IMG/VR virus record: IMGVR_UViG_3300017987_004445 | Span: 1 to 60,010 of that record | DNA: 60,010 bases | Reading direction: 5' to 3' (one strand) | Source: a virus | Taxonomy: Duplodnaviria > Caudoviricetes | Shown: positions 1 through 7,433 of the stretch, piece by piece | Layout: each line of letters starts with the position of its first letter | How positions within the stretch are numbered: the first letter of the stretch is position 1 | The notes under the pieces: generated by a model | What the model was told of the DNA's origin: nothing | Databases searched by the model: none | What the model saw: the letters and a program-made list of their open reading frames with translations, nothing else | Made by a program: the position numbers and the translations under genes

Positions 1-36
1 GTTTTTCTGCAATATGATAATGCGTGAAAAACAATA
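1..36. repeat. Terminal 36-bp direct repeat, copy 1 (circularity overlap)
   Basis: gtttttctgcaatatgataatgcgtgaaaaacaata is identical to 59975-60010. Confidence 0.95.
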
Positions 37-98
37 AAGCACGTCGCAACAGCAACAACAGACCACAGGCACAGCCAAAAACGTTCTTCTCTATCCAT
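1..98 (-). CDS. 5' part of a 63-aa small membrane protein that spans the circular join (continues 59974->59881)
   Basis: AGGAG RBS then ATG at 98; MDREERFWLCLWSVVAVATCFIVFHALSYCRKTNELMVKNG...APKDK* reads through the join to TAA at 59881-59883; one hydrophobic segment. Confidence 0.7.
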   Translation of the reverse strand, partial: MDREERFWLCLWSVVAVATCFIVFHALSYCRK

Positions 99-148
99 GA
101 TTCCTCCTTTGCGCCGAACTCAAGTAAAGTTCCTGCGCGGTTTATTTT

Positions 149-206
149 GGTTAACGTTCAGGGCTATACGATAGTGCGTAGCATTTTGTATAGCCTGTTG
201 TTAAAT
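149..206 (-). mobile_element. attC-like site 1 (58 bp)
   Basis: Minus strand ATTTAAC-AACAG-GCTATAC...GCTACGC...GTATAGC-CCTGAAC-GTTAACC: R''/L''/L'/R' palindrome. Confidence 0.85.
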
Positions 207-218
207 GTGCTACGCTAT

Positions 219-479
219 TCATTTACGCTCCCCAGTTTTGGCCGAATCCTTTTTTCTGTGGAGCGCCCTTGCTTCTTTCTCAATTCGCTTTTCTGCATCT
301 CGATTACATAACGAACATGAACCCCATTCAATATGACCAACATATTCCGTATCTCCAATTTTTACAACATGGCATCCTTCTTCTCTACCCATCATTAAAT
401 CACCCATTCCCATTGGGCCAAGCGAATGTCCACAAATAGGTTGCATTCGTAACGGCAAGAAAACTCGTTTTTGTTTCAT
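219..479 (-). CDS. Cassette-borne hypothetical protein (~86 aa)
   Basis: GAGGAG RBS before ATG 479 (MKQKRVFL); stop lies 12 nt before attC 1. Confidence 0.7.
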   Translation of the reverse strand: MKQKRVFLPLRMQPICGHSLGPMGMGDLMMGREEGCHVVKIGDTEYVGHIEWGSCSLCNRDAEKRIEKEARALHRKKDSAKTGERK

Positions 480-527
480 TTTTTCTCCTCGGCGCGACCT
501 CCCATAAACGAAAGAGGCCAAAATTGC

Positions 528-674
528 ATTTAACGTCAGGGCTACCTGGAGTTTGCCATTCGATTTAAAAATCCTTTACCTTTACAGTATGGACAATGTA
601 TATGACCCGCAACACCTCTACAGTGTTGGCAAATTTGGGCCGAGGCTTCCGAGCCAGGTAGCCCGCTGTTACCG
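528..674 (-). mobile_element. attC-like site 2 (long, 147 bp)
   Basis: Minus strand CGGTAAC-AGCGG-GCTACCTGG...CCAGGTAGC-CCTGAC-GTTAAAT, with inner stem TTTGCCA/TGGCAAA. Confidence 0.75.
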
Positions 675-868
675 GAAGCTTTTGGCGGTTCCTTAATGTG
701 TTCACGGCGATTTAGTTTTTCATCAACAGAAACAGCCCGATTTATTCTCTCTGTTAAATCCGAAGTAAAGCAACACCGACAAGGTTTTTTTTCGTTATCA
801 TCGTGCACCCCATAAACATTGCACCAATCTGCTATTTGTTCAACTACATCTGATAATGTTTCTATCAT
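542..868 (-). CDS. Cassette-borne Cys-rich hypothetical protein (108 aa)
   Basis: GGAGG RBS; CRCC motif plus C-terminal CxxCxG...CxxCxGxG; ORF runs through attC 2. Confidence 0.7.
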   Translation of the reverse strand: MIETLSDVVEQIADWCNVYGVHDDNEKKPCRCCFTSDLTERINRAVSVDEKLNRREHIKEPPKASGNSGLPGSEASAQICQHCRGVAGHIHCPYCKGKGFLNRMANSR

Positions 869-908
869 AAGCCGTGAACCTCCTATTCATTTATGAGCCA
901 AAAATTTA

Positions 909-983
909 CGGTAACGGACTTGCAAGGGTGAAGCGCGAAGCGTTTGGGTGTAGCCCTGCGGAACCACCCTTGCGTAGTTAAGC
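909..983 (-). mobile_element. attC-like site 3 (75 bp)
   Basis: Minus strand GCTTAAC-TACGC-AAGGGTG...GCTTCGC...CACCCTT-GCAAGTCC-GTTACCG; upstream gene's TAA lies inside R''; 912-979 matches 1286-1353 at 67/68. Confidence 0.85.
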
Positions 984-1247
984 GCATGTGTTTGCGTTCC
1001 TTAATTTATTTGGGGGCGATTTCAGTTTCGTAATTTTCAAAACACAGCACTTAGGTATTGTCATACGTCCCACCACTTGGTCGTTGCTATAACTTTGAAA
1101 AACGGTGATATATTTTTTATTATTCCTTTCTATAAATCCAACTGTACGAATTTGAACAGGAAGCATTGGTTGCATATCATCTATAAAATCCCAAGAGCTA
1201 CTACAACCCTTTGAATCTACCCAATCAATCACAATAAGCTGGTGCAT
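978..1247 (-). CDS. Cassette-borne small beta-rich phage protein (89 aa)
   Basis: WxD...TVGF...TIPK pattern of a common small phage protein family; fills the cassette. Confidence 0.75.
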   Translation of the reverse strand: MHQLIVIDWVDSKGCSSSWDFIDDMQPMLPVQIRTVGFIERNNKKYITVFQSYSNDQVVGRMTIPKCCVLKITKLKSPPNKLRNANTCA

Positions 1248-1282
1248 TAAGCCCCCAAATCTAATTGATTAGCAAACATTGT

Positions 1283-1357
1283 GCTTAACGGACTTGCAAG
1301 GGTGAAGCGCGAAGCGTTTGGGTGTAGCCTTGCGGAACCACCCTTGCGTAGTTTGCC
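1283..1357 (-). mobile_element. attC-like site 4 (75 bp)
   Basis: Minus strand GGCAAAC...GTTAAGC; core nearly identical to attC 3. Confidence 0.85.
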
Positions 1358-1362
1358 GATAG

Positions 1363-1677
1363 TCACGCCGATTCCGATGTTGTTGCCAGCGGCATTTGGA
1401 TACCGTTTTTTGCGGCAAATTTTTCTGCATGAACGCGACAATAACAACGCTCTGCCCACGAAACACGGCCAGCGCGACCCGTAACATAGTCATAGGTGCA
1501 TCTAAATTCTGGTCGCAAGTCACAACCACGAACAGAGCAAGCATACCACTTGATATGCTCAGAATCGTTTTCGCGCACAGCCTTATCGTACCTACTTTGG
1601 TAATATTGCAATTTGTTTTCGCTGGCCGTGTAGAGTGGGCCACCCAAGTCGATATTGTGATTCCATGCTTTACCCAT
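1363..1677 (-). CDS. Cassette-borne hypothetical protein, possible Zn-binding (~104 aa)
   Basis: GGAGGA RBS before ATG 1677; CSVRGC...YCRVH; stop 5 nt before attC 4. Confidence 0.7.
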   Translation of the reverse strand: MGKAWNHNIDLGGPLYTASENKLQYYQSRYDKAVRENDSEHIKWYACSVRGCDLRPEFRCTYDYVTGRAGRVSWAERCYCRVHAEKFAAKNGIQMPLATTSESA

Positions 1678-1723
1678 GTTTTCCTCCAAATGCCGTTGGC
1701 ATAATTATTAAAGGCGTGATTTT

Positions 1724-1765
1724 GGCAAACTACTACCATTATGAACAACATCTTAACATACAATT
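1724..1765 (-). mobile_element. Putative attI-like cassette entry site
   Basis: Minus strand ...TATGTTAAGATGTTGTTCATAATGGTAGTA-GTTTGCC; GTTTGCC complements R'' of attC 4, and no hairpin lies upstream. Confidence 0.5.
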
Positions 1766-1944
1766 CTTCGTTTGCGCCTTCTCTCCCAAGGAGTTAGCCT
1801 CTTCGGACATCCCTTGATTGAGTCTACAAGAACAACTCTATCTGCCGGACGCTCTGCATATAATCTTCCATCTTCAACCCATTTCCGGGCCGTACTTACG
1901 GAAACCTTGCGGAGCCTTGCCCATTGTGAAAGACGTAAAAGCAT
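1753..1944 (-). CDS. Small MerR/excisionase-like HTH DNA-binding protein
   Basis: LSQWARLRKVSVSTARKWVEDGRL pattern, 63 aa. Confidence 0.7.
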   Translation of the reverse strand: MLLRLSQWARLRKVSVSTARKWVEDGRLYAERPADRVVLVDSIKGCPKRLTPWERRRKRRIVC

Positions 1945-2373
1945 CTATCCTTCCTTTGCCCGTGTGAGGGGGAGCCGACCAACCAACTCTGCGTTTTCCT
2001 TTTGTGCGACAGGGGAAGGCTCAAGCAACTTTTCTGCTTTATCCACAAGATCACCAATAGGGGTGCTGGTGTCGTATTCCTCATCGTTCCTGAACCTTTT
2101 TATAATTTCCCTCAAGACAGCCACCGCCTCTGCATTTTCCGACTGTGCGACAGGGGAAGGCGGTTTCGGAAGTTCCCTCCAGTGTGTAACGCCATTGTAA
2201 AAGCAATTGTTGCCTGCCCACAGTTTGTCGCTGTTAAAAAAGGCCCAAGCAACCGATCTGAGCCCATCGCTCGAAGTGAAGCATATCAGCTTTGTACCTA
2301 TCCCATCAGGCAAACTGTCCTTCACTGATACCCACTCCACCGCCTCTGCATTTTCCGGCGTTGCTTTCTCCAC
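1945..2373 (-). CDS. DUF551-like protein with repeated linkers
   Basis: WVSVKDSLP...VTHWRELPKPP; ENAE linker occurs three times. Confidence 0.7.
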   Translation of the reverse strand: MEKATPENAEAVEWVSVKDSLPDGIGTKLICFTSSDGLRSVAWAFFNSDKLWAGNNCFYNGVTHWRELPKPPSPVAQSENAEAVAVLREIIKRFRNDEEYDTSTPIGDLVDKAEKLLEPSPVAQKENAELVGRLPLTRAKEG

Positions 2374-2384
2374 GGAAGGGGAGT

Positions 2385-2867
2385 TTAGTTTTTGTAATTT
2401 GATCCCTTTACTGATTTTACTAACCCTCCAATGTTTACGAGTGCTAGATTCGGCCGCTTCTCTAAATAATCTTTTAGAACCTGTATATCAAAGTCTATGT
2501 CACGGGCACCATTATAAAATCTTTCCAGGTTATGATACAGATATAGGTTAAAAACCTCTTGGTAGTCGATATTAAGTGGTTGAAGTAGTGGTTTTTGCTC
2601 AGTAAACGGGAACTGTGAGTGTTCGTAAAACTCAAAATACCGCTTGGATATAACCCGTTTCACCTTGATTTTTTTTTGTTTCCCTGATTCCTGATCTGTA
2701 ATCTCTTTGGTTCTTTCAGTGTGATAGTCCTTTCCCCATTGGCATTTACATACGTAGGATGATACATATGGCATAATATTTTTACCCATACCCTCCAAGC
2801 TGTACACGTTAATAAGACCCGTGTTGTTGCACAGCCTGCATACGTTAAAATCCTGCCACCAGCCCAT
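2385..2867 (-). CDS. Zn-binding protein coupled to the replication initiator
   Basis: CxxCxxxG...CxC; start overlaps the initiator stop codon. Confidence 0.6.
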   Translation of the reverse strand: MGWWQDFNVCRLCNNTGLINVYSLEGMGKNIMPYVSSYVCKCQWGKDYHTERTKEITDQESGKQKKIKVKRVISKRYFEFYEHSQFPFTEQKPLLQPLNIDYQEVFNLYLYHNLERFYNGARDIDFDIQVLKDYLEKRPNLALVNIGGLVKSVKGSNYKN

Positions 2868-3532
2868 TATAAGTATCCTTTCGCTCGGGCTTCTTCTTCT
2901 GTTACGGTTTCAATCTCTTCTTCCTGCCTACCGCGCCCCTTGAAAGTGGTGTCGTTGTTTGCCCACCGCTTCAATCTTCTTTTAAGGTCCCAAGTCTTTT
3001 CCATCTGAAAGCGAACTTTGGTACGCGAGGGGTTGGGTTCAGTCCAATATTCAAAAAAGGCAGTAAGCATCTTCTCTGAATATTCTTTCTTAAATTCTAA
3101 GACTTTTCTTTTGAATATTTCTATTGCATCTTCTATTTCATTTGCTATTTCATCTTCAGCAGGATGTAACACTTCTGTACGTGCTTTTGTTTTTGTTTTG
3201 TTTTTCCTTGCTAAAGTTCTGATATCACTTATGTTAGAAACCTCTAAAAGACGCTCAGAGTAGTAACGGCCCTTATGTTTGCAACACTTTCCAAGCTCAA
3301 AAAAGGACAAAACTTCGGGCTTAATTTGCTCCCATTCTTGAGGTGAAACACGAGCATATACAGCAAGTACCTTATCATCCATTGGGAGGGTTGCTCTTGG
3401 CTCCTCTAACCAAGCTCTGCACAAGAGATACATATATGCTTTGATTACTTTACCAGAGGCCAGCTCAACCTTTCCCGATCCTAGCCAGTCCCTAACATAG
3501 AAAGAAAATGCGGGTGCTTTCATGTTATCCAT
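2867..3532 (-). CDS. Phage replication initiator, DUF1376/YdaU-like
   Basis: N-terminal KAPAFSFYVRDWLG..AYMYLLC; C-terminal FFEYWTE...WDLKRRLKRW helical domain. Confidence 0.8.
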   Translation of the reverse strand: MDNMKAPAFSFYVRDWLGSGKVELASGKVIKAYMYLLCRAWLEEPRATLPMDDKVLAVYARVSPQEWEQIKPEVLSFFELGKCCKHKGRYYSERLLEVSNISDIRTLARKNKTKTKARTEVLHPAEDEIANEIEDAIEIFKRKVLEFKKEYSEKMLTAFFEYWTEPNPSRTKVRFQMEKTWDLKRRLKRWANNDTTFKGRGRQEEEIETVTEEEARAKGYL

Positions 3533-3658
3533 AATAAATAACCAGTGGCCTATCCATATACCGTGTGCAATATATGAACAGACCGGCAGACGGTGAGTCT
3601 GCTTTTACTGGTATTCCTATATTCTGTTTCGGGATGCACACGTTTTGTTCACGATTAA

Positions 3659-3687
3659 AAGATAGTTAATGTGTTTCTACTTGTCAA
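3659..3687 (-). promoter_or_regulatory. Sigma70-type promoter for the replication genes
   Basis: TTGACA-17 nt-TATCTT on the minus strand. Confidence 0.7.
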
Positions 3688-3777
3688 GACCTTTATCCAT
3701 CCACCCCGATATAAACGACTGCACTGTACTTGGGTTCTTACTTACTATGGTATAGAGTTTATCTATCTGCTCAGATG

Positions 3778-3915
3778 TCAACTGCTTTTTTTCTTCCTCT
3801 CCCTCACATCCTTCTTCAAACACTTCGGGCACTTAGGATCTGGATAGCTGGACTTAAAGCGCCATCCGCAAGATTTACATACATATTTCCTACACTTAGG
3901 GCTGTATTTAGACAT
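3778..3915 (-). CDS. Small zinc-ribbon protein (45 aa, not in ORF track)
   Basis: MSKYSPKCRKYVCKSCGWRFKSSYPDPKCPKCLKKDV...; two CxxC; overlaps the upstream stop. Confidence 0.6.
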   Translation of the reverse strand: MSKYSPKCRKYVCKSCGWRFKSSYPDPKCPKCLKKDVRERKKKSS

Positions 3916-5821
3916 CCCAGCCTCTTTGTTTTATGAGGTCATTTCTTTGGTCTACCAGCTTCGCATAATATTGTTTCAATTCGGTCTTTGCGTTTTTAAC
4001 CTCATGCCACCATTCCGCCATTCTTTCTTTTGTTTTTGCATCATTTTCAAGCCATTCTTTGTATTCAATATATAAAGCCTCTTCTTGTGGAGGGGCTTCC
4101 TTGGGTTGGGATGTTTCAACTTTTGTTGAGTCTGCGTTTATGCGCTCATTAGTAAGAAATAGTAGATCCTCTTTTTCTGGATCGACATCTGGGAGATCAA
4201 GTAACACCTTTTCTGGGGCTATGTTTGCAACCTTCTGTATGTCTGCAAGCCTAAAATCTCCAGTGATATGTAAGATATAATGATTGCTTTTGGCCTGATT
4301 TCCCTTACTATCTTTAAAAACGGTTTCATGTTTATGCCTTTCAAGCGTTAGGGGAATCATATGGCATCTGCCGCATACAGCCTTTACATACCCCATGCAC
4401 GAATTAAGATTGACTATGGAATGATAGGACCCGGTGTTTATTTGCCATACGCCAACACCTGGGAGTTGTGGAATTAGAACATTCAAAGTTCCAACTTCGC
4501 TACATTCTTTGGCTTTATAGTAAGGGCATTCCTTGCCCGCGCATTTGACTTTTGGGTTGGGCTTATCCTCTATAACCTCTAATTCTTCGGTAAATTTTGG
4601 GTCACTGCAAATGGCCGTCTCGCCGTCTCCTTTGCATTTTAGAGAAGCACTTGAGCCATAGCGCTTGTAGAATTGCGGAAAGTCAATATCCGGGTTCCCT
4701 GTTGGAAGCATAAAATCAAAACGCTTTGGTTTTTCTCCATATAGCTTATGAAATTCTTGTATCATGCGCTGTCGCTCTTCTTCGTTTGGTGTTGCGGGGT
4801 CAAGGATGAAATAGTCAACTTCTTTTGGTCGTTCCTTGCCATTACCTGTTGGCACCTTGATTCCAAGCCTGATTTTGCCCAACCGGGGCAAGCGCTTGAT
4901 TTCAGACAATCCTTTTATAGCCATTTCTTCTTTCTCCTTTTCCTGTTTAAGGTATTTACCATATGGGCAGAATTCTGCTACCTCGCAATATTTTTGGCAG
5001 CGCAATCCATCCCAGTTTTCTTTTCTATTACAGGTTTGGTGCCAATATCCTTGTTTTAAAGCCTTTAAAAGACGCTCGCGTTTGTATTTGAAATACCACA
5101 GCACTTCGTCATCTGGGAGGATTGGTACGTCAAAATAGTATACGTTTCTAAAAACCCCTCGGCTTCTGGCTATGTATAGGCCACCATCTCTAACAATGGC
5201 TTGGATTTTTAATCTTTTAATCTTGCGCTGATGCTTCTTTTCCCATTCGATGCGATATTTGTTTAACTGATAAATCCATTCCCACATATCCACGGATTCT
5301 TCATTGCGCACCAAAACTTGTCGCATTCGCGGCTCACCCTTGCGCTTGCCGCTTTTATATATTTCTCCTGTGGGTTCTTGTTTGGTCGTAAATCCGAGCG
5401 CTTTTGCAACCTTGTATGAGCCCGATGTTTTGTAATCGGCCATGGTTGGAATACTGTCTTCGATTTCCACCACATCTGTAATCCCGGTTTCATCCACATC
5501 TGGTCCCTCGAAACGTTCTTCTAATGTTGAATATTCGTCTTCTGCTGATTCGAGGGCACCATGTCCTTTTGACCCCAACACACGAAAAGCAACATCTTGG
5601 GGAGAAATAGCATAATCCTTGGTGAGGCGCAAAAAAGCCAGCATTGTTCCGTTTATAAGTTGTGTTGTTGAGGGCTTACCTGTCCAAGGTCTTTCGCTTG
5701 CAGCCATTTGCAGATATGAGCGCGTGGCACAACGTTCACTCATACGGCAACCACCCTCTTTTAAGCATTCTGAAATTAAGATTCTCTCAGTGTCCGGGCA
5801 TATGAACCATTTGGTAGGCAT
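3908..5821 (-). CDS. PD-(D/E)xK (Cas4/AddB-like) exonuclease fused to a Gp3/RDF-like recombination protein
   Basis: GITD...ADYKT...QLNKY and C-terminal Cys cluster (RCQKYCEVAEFC); second half begins MAIKGLSEIKRLPRLGKIRLG. Confidence 0.75.
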   Translation of the reverse strand: MPTKWFICPDTERILISECLKEGGCRMSERCATRSYLQMAASERPWTGKPSTTQLINGTMLAFLRLTKDYAISPQDVAFRVLGSKGHGALESAEDEYSTLEERFEGPDVDETGITDVVEIEDSIPTMADYKTSGSYKVAKALGFTTKQEPTGEIYKSGKRKGEPRMRQVLVRNEESVDMWEWIYQLNKYRIEWEKKHQRKIKRLKIQAIVRDGGLYIARSRGVFRNVYYFDVPILPDDEVLWYFKYKRERLLKALKQGYWHQTCNRKENWDGLRCQKYCEVAEFCPYGKYLKQEKEKEEMAIKGLSEIKRLPRLGKIRLGIKVPTGNGKERPKEVDYFILDPATPNEEERQRMIQEFHKLYGEKPKRFDFMLPTGNPDIDFPQFYKRYGSSASLKCKGDGETAICSDPKFTEELEVIEDKPNPKVKCAGKECPYYKAKECSEVGTLNVLIPQLPGVGVWQINTGSYHSIVNLNSCMGYVKAVCGRCHMIPLTLERHKHETVFKDSKGNQAKSNHYILHITGDFRLADIQKVANIAPEKVLLDLPDVDPEKEDLLFLTNERINADSTKVETSQPKEAPPQEEALYIEYKEWLENDAKTKERMAEWWHEVKNAKTELKQYYAKLVDQRNDLIKQRGWDV

Positions 5822-6036
5822 TACAGTACTTTCTCCCCTTCTTTCCTAAGCTTAGATTCTACAACGAGCCGACCGGCTTCGGTGAGATAGCCCCAAAGAT
5901 TCAAGCCCTTAAGCGGCCCTTCTTCCACGGTAATAGAATGGATAATTGTCTCGTCTAAGACTTGCTCTTTCTCTTCAATGAGACGGTCGTATTTATGGGT
6001 GCAATTGATGGTAGCAACCAAATTGTATTCTTCCAC
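5821..6036 (-). CDS. Hypothetical protein
   Basis: GAGGAGG RBS, coupled to the downstream gene. Confidence 0.6.
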   Translation of the reverse strand: MEEYNLVATINCTHKYDRLIEEKEQVLDETIIHSITVEEGPLKGLNLWGYLTEAGRLVVESKLRKEGEKVL

Positions 6037-6374
6037 ACAACCTCCTCTGTAAGGTTATGAATAGGCGGGAAATTTATCAGCTTTTTTCTTTAGTCTCCAC
6101 TTCTTTTTCAGAAAATGTCTTTTGAAGCATGTAAATTTGTGATACCAACATATTCCATGGCTGATGGACTCGCCCAACTTTTCACCACACCAGGCGCAGG
6201 GGGGCTTATTCACTGCACCTCCCCGTTTCCGTTGAGGGTATCGCCGTTGCCTTTTGCTGCTTGCAGGAGTAGTTTCTTACAGTCCGGGCACACCACTGGC
6301 TTAATGGTCTTATTAGCCAAGGGTTCCTCTTCCCCTACAATCTTTTTGCATCCGGAACACTGGAGGATCATAGG

Positions 6375-6566
6375 TTATTTCTTTTCCTTATGGCTAAAAC
6401 CAAAATTAAGGACCTGCATACAAGAGCATTCTAAACAGGCACAAACACAAATATCGCTTTGTGATTTATGATAATCGCCAGTTTCGACAGTGAACTTGCC
6501 ACCTATTTCAACTAGTTTGGCTTGGTCGGTGTTGCCGCAACCAGGGCATTTGTAATCTTGGCTCAT
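6375..6566 (-). CDS. Small zinc-ribbon protein
   Basis: CPGC...CLEC, RBS present. Confidence 0.6.
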   Translation of the reverse strand: MSQDYKCPGCGNTDQAKLVEIGGKFTVETGDYHKSQSDICVCACLECSCMQVLNFGFSHKEKK

Positions 6567-6593
6567 TTCTTATCCTTCCCTCTTTCCATTTCC

Positions 6594-7121
6594 TTATTGT
6601 TGTTTTTCTTCTTTTTCTTTCTTCTTTTTTTCAGTTATTTCAACACCAAGCATGAAGGCTTCTATAATTTTAATGCCTAATGCTTGGAATCGTTTTTCTT
6701 GCTCTTCTATTAAACTGATGCTATGGGGATGTCTTATTGTAGTGCTACGTCCTTTTCTGTGTTTATGAGAGATATTATTAACGATTTCTCTTGTTCGGAC
6801 CATGGAGTGTAGCCATTCAATTTGGACGATAGAGTCGAGTAAGGCATATTTAATTTCTTCGAGAGTGCTAATCTTTTTATGCCGGATTTGCGTATAAATT
6901 CTTTTAGGGCTTCGTTTGTCATCCTGTCTCCTGTATCTATGCAACAAAAAATGGTGTTTTTTGCATAACCAGATGATAACGTGGGGTTTTGAATAATCTT
7001 CGTGGTGTCCATCTATTCTTTTTGTGGCCCCACAGATAACACATCGGCGTTCCCCAATGTAATGGGTAGACGCAAAACTGTAACCTTTTTGGCGGGCTCG
7101 GTCTTTGGTGACTTTATCCAC
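6594..7121 (-). CDS. HNH-like zinc-finger protein (start uncertain)
   Basis: CVICG...DGHHEDYSKPHVIIWLCKKHH motif; GTG 7121 lies just after the promoter. Confidence 0.5.
   Translation of the reverse strand: MDKVTKDRARQKGYSFASTHYIGERRCVICGATKRIDGHHEDYSKPHVIIWLCKKHHFLLHRYRRQDDKRSPKRIYTQIRHKKISTLEEIKYALLDSIVQIEWLHSMVRTREIVNNISHKHRKGRSTTIRHPHSISLIEEQEKRFQALGIKIIEAFMLGVEITEKKKKEKEEKQQ
6734..6922 (-). CDS. Cro/Xre-like HTH regulator (62 aa)
   Basis: AGGAG RBS; LKEFIRKSGIKRLALSKKLNMPYSTLSSKLNG. Confidence 0.75.
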   Translation of the reverse strand: MTNEALKEFIRKSGIKRLALSKKLNMPYSTLSSKLNGYTPWSEQEKSLIISLINTEKDVALQ

Positions 7122-7128
7122 AACAATT

Positions 7129-7157
7129 AATATAAACACAAACACAACAAAAGTCAA
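7129..7157 (-). promoter_or_regulatory. Leftward early promoter
   Basis: TTGACT-17 nt-TATATT. Confidence 0.75.
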
Positions 7158-7215
7158 GCGTTTTTTTATGTAAAGCCAAATACTAATTTGATATGAATTA
7201 GCACAGATTAGTATT

Positions 7216-7256
7216 AAAAAACCCCAATGAACCATCCTGCAGAATGCTCATCGGGG
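7216..7256 (-). terminator. Rho-independent terminator
   Basis: CCCCGATGAGCA...TGGTTCATTGGGG followed by a T6 run. Confidence 0.7.
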
Positions 7257-7328
7257 CCAGAGGAGGCATCCAATGTAGAGGCATTGGGTGCCAAGAAGAA
7301 TAGGTGTTTAAAGCGAGTCTACTGCTCC
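7216..7328 (-). ncRNA. Candidate ~110-nt small RNA
   Basis: Own promoter (7334-7362), hairpin 7265-7292, terminator 7216-7256; no convincing ORF. Confidence 0.5.
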
Positions 7329-7333
7329 CCTCT

Positions 7334-7362
7334 AAGATAACACTATATTGGGTCATGGTCAA
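7334..7362 (-). promoter_or_regulatory. Leftward promoter for the candidate sRNA
   Basis: TTGACC-17 nt-TATCTT. Confidence 0.65.
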
Positions 7363-7380
7363 GATAAAATACTAAATGTA

Positions 7381-7409
7381 TTGACAAATCCATTTTTTTT
7401 TAGTATGTT
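7381..7409 (+). promoter_or_regulatory. Rightward promoter at the start of the plus-strand arm
   Basis: TTGACA-17 nt-TATGTT. Confidence 0.75.
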
Positions 7410-7433
7410 CGTATATACATCTTCTCGAAACCC

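Noticed and set aside
909-1357. 68-bp direct repeats as a CRISPR array or plain terminators
   Set aside because: Only two copies, 374 bp apart with a gene between them, no T run, and attC box architecture explains them better
1269-1763. 164-aa minus-strand ORF crossing the first cassette and attC 4
   Set aside because: The alternative frame 1363-1677 has a strong RBS and fits the cassette boundaries
1720-1765. dif/Xer site
   Set aside because: CATAA half resembles a XerC arm but spacing and the XerD arm do not fit
4900-5821. Cas4 as part of a CRISPR-Cas system
   Set aside because: No other cas genes or array; context is phage recombination
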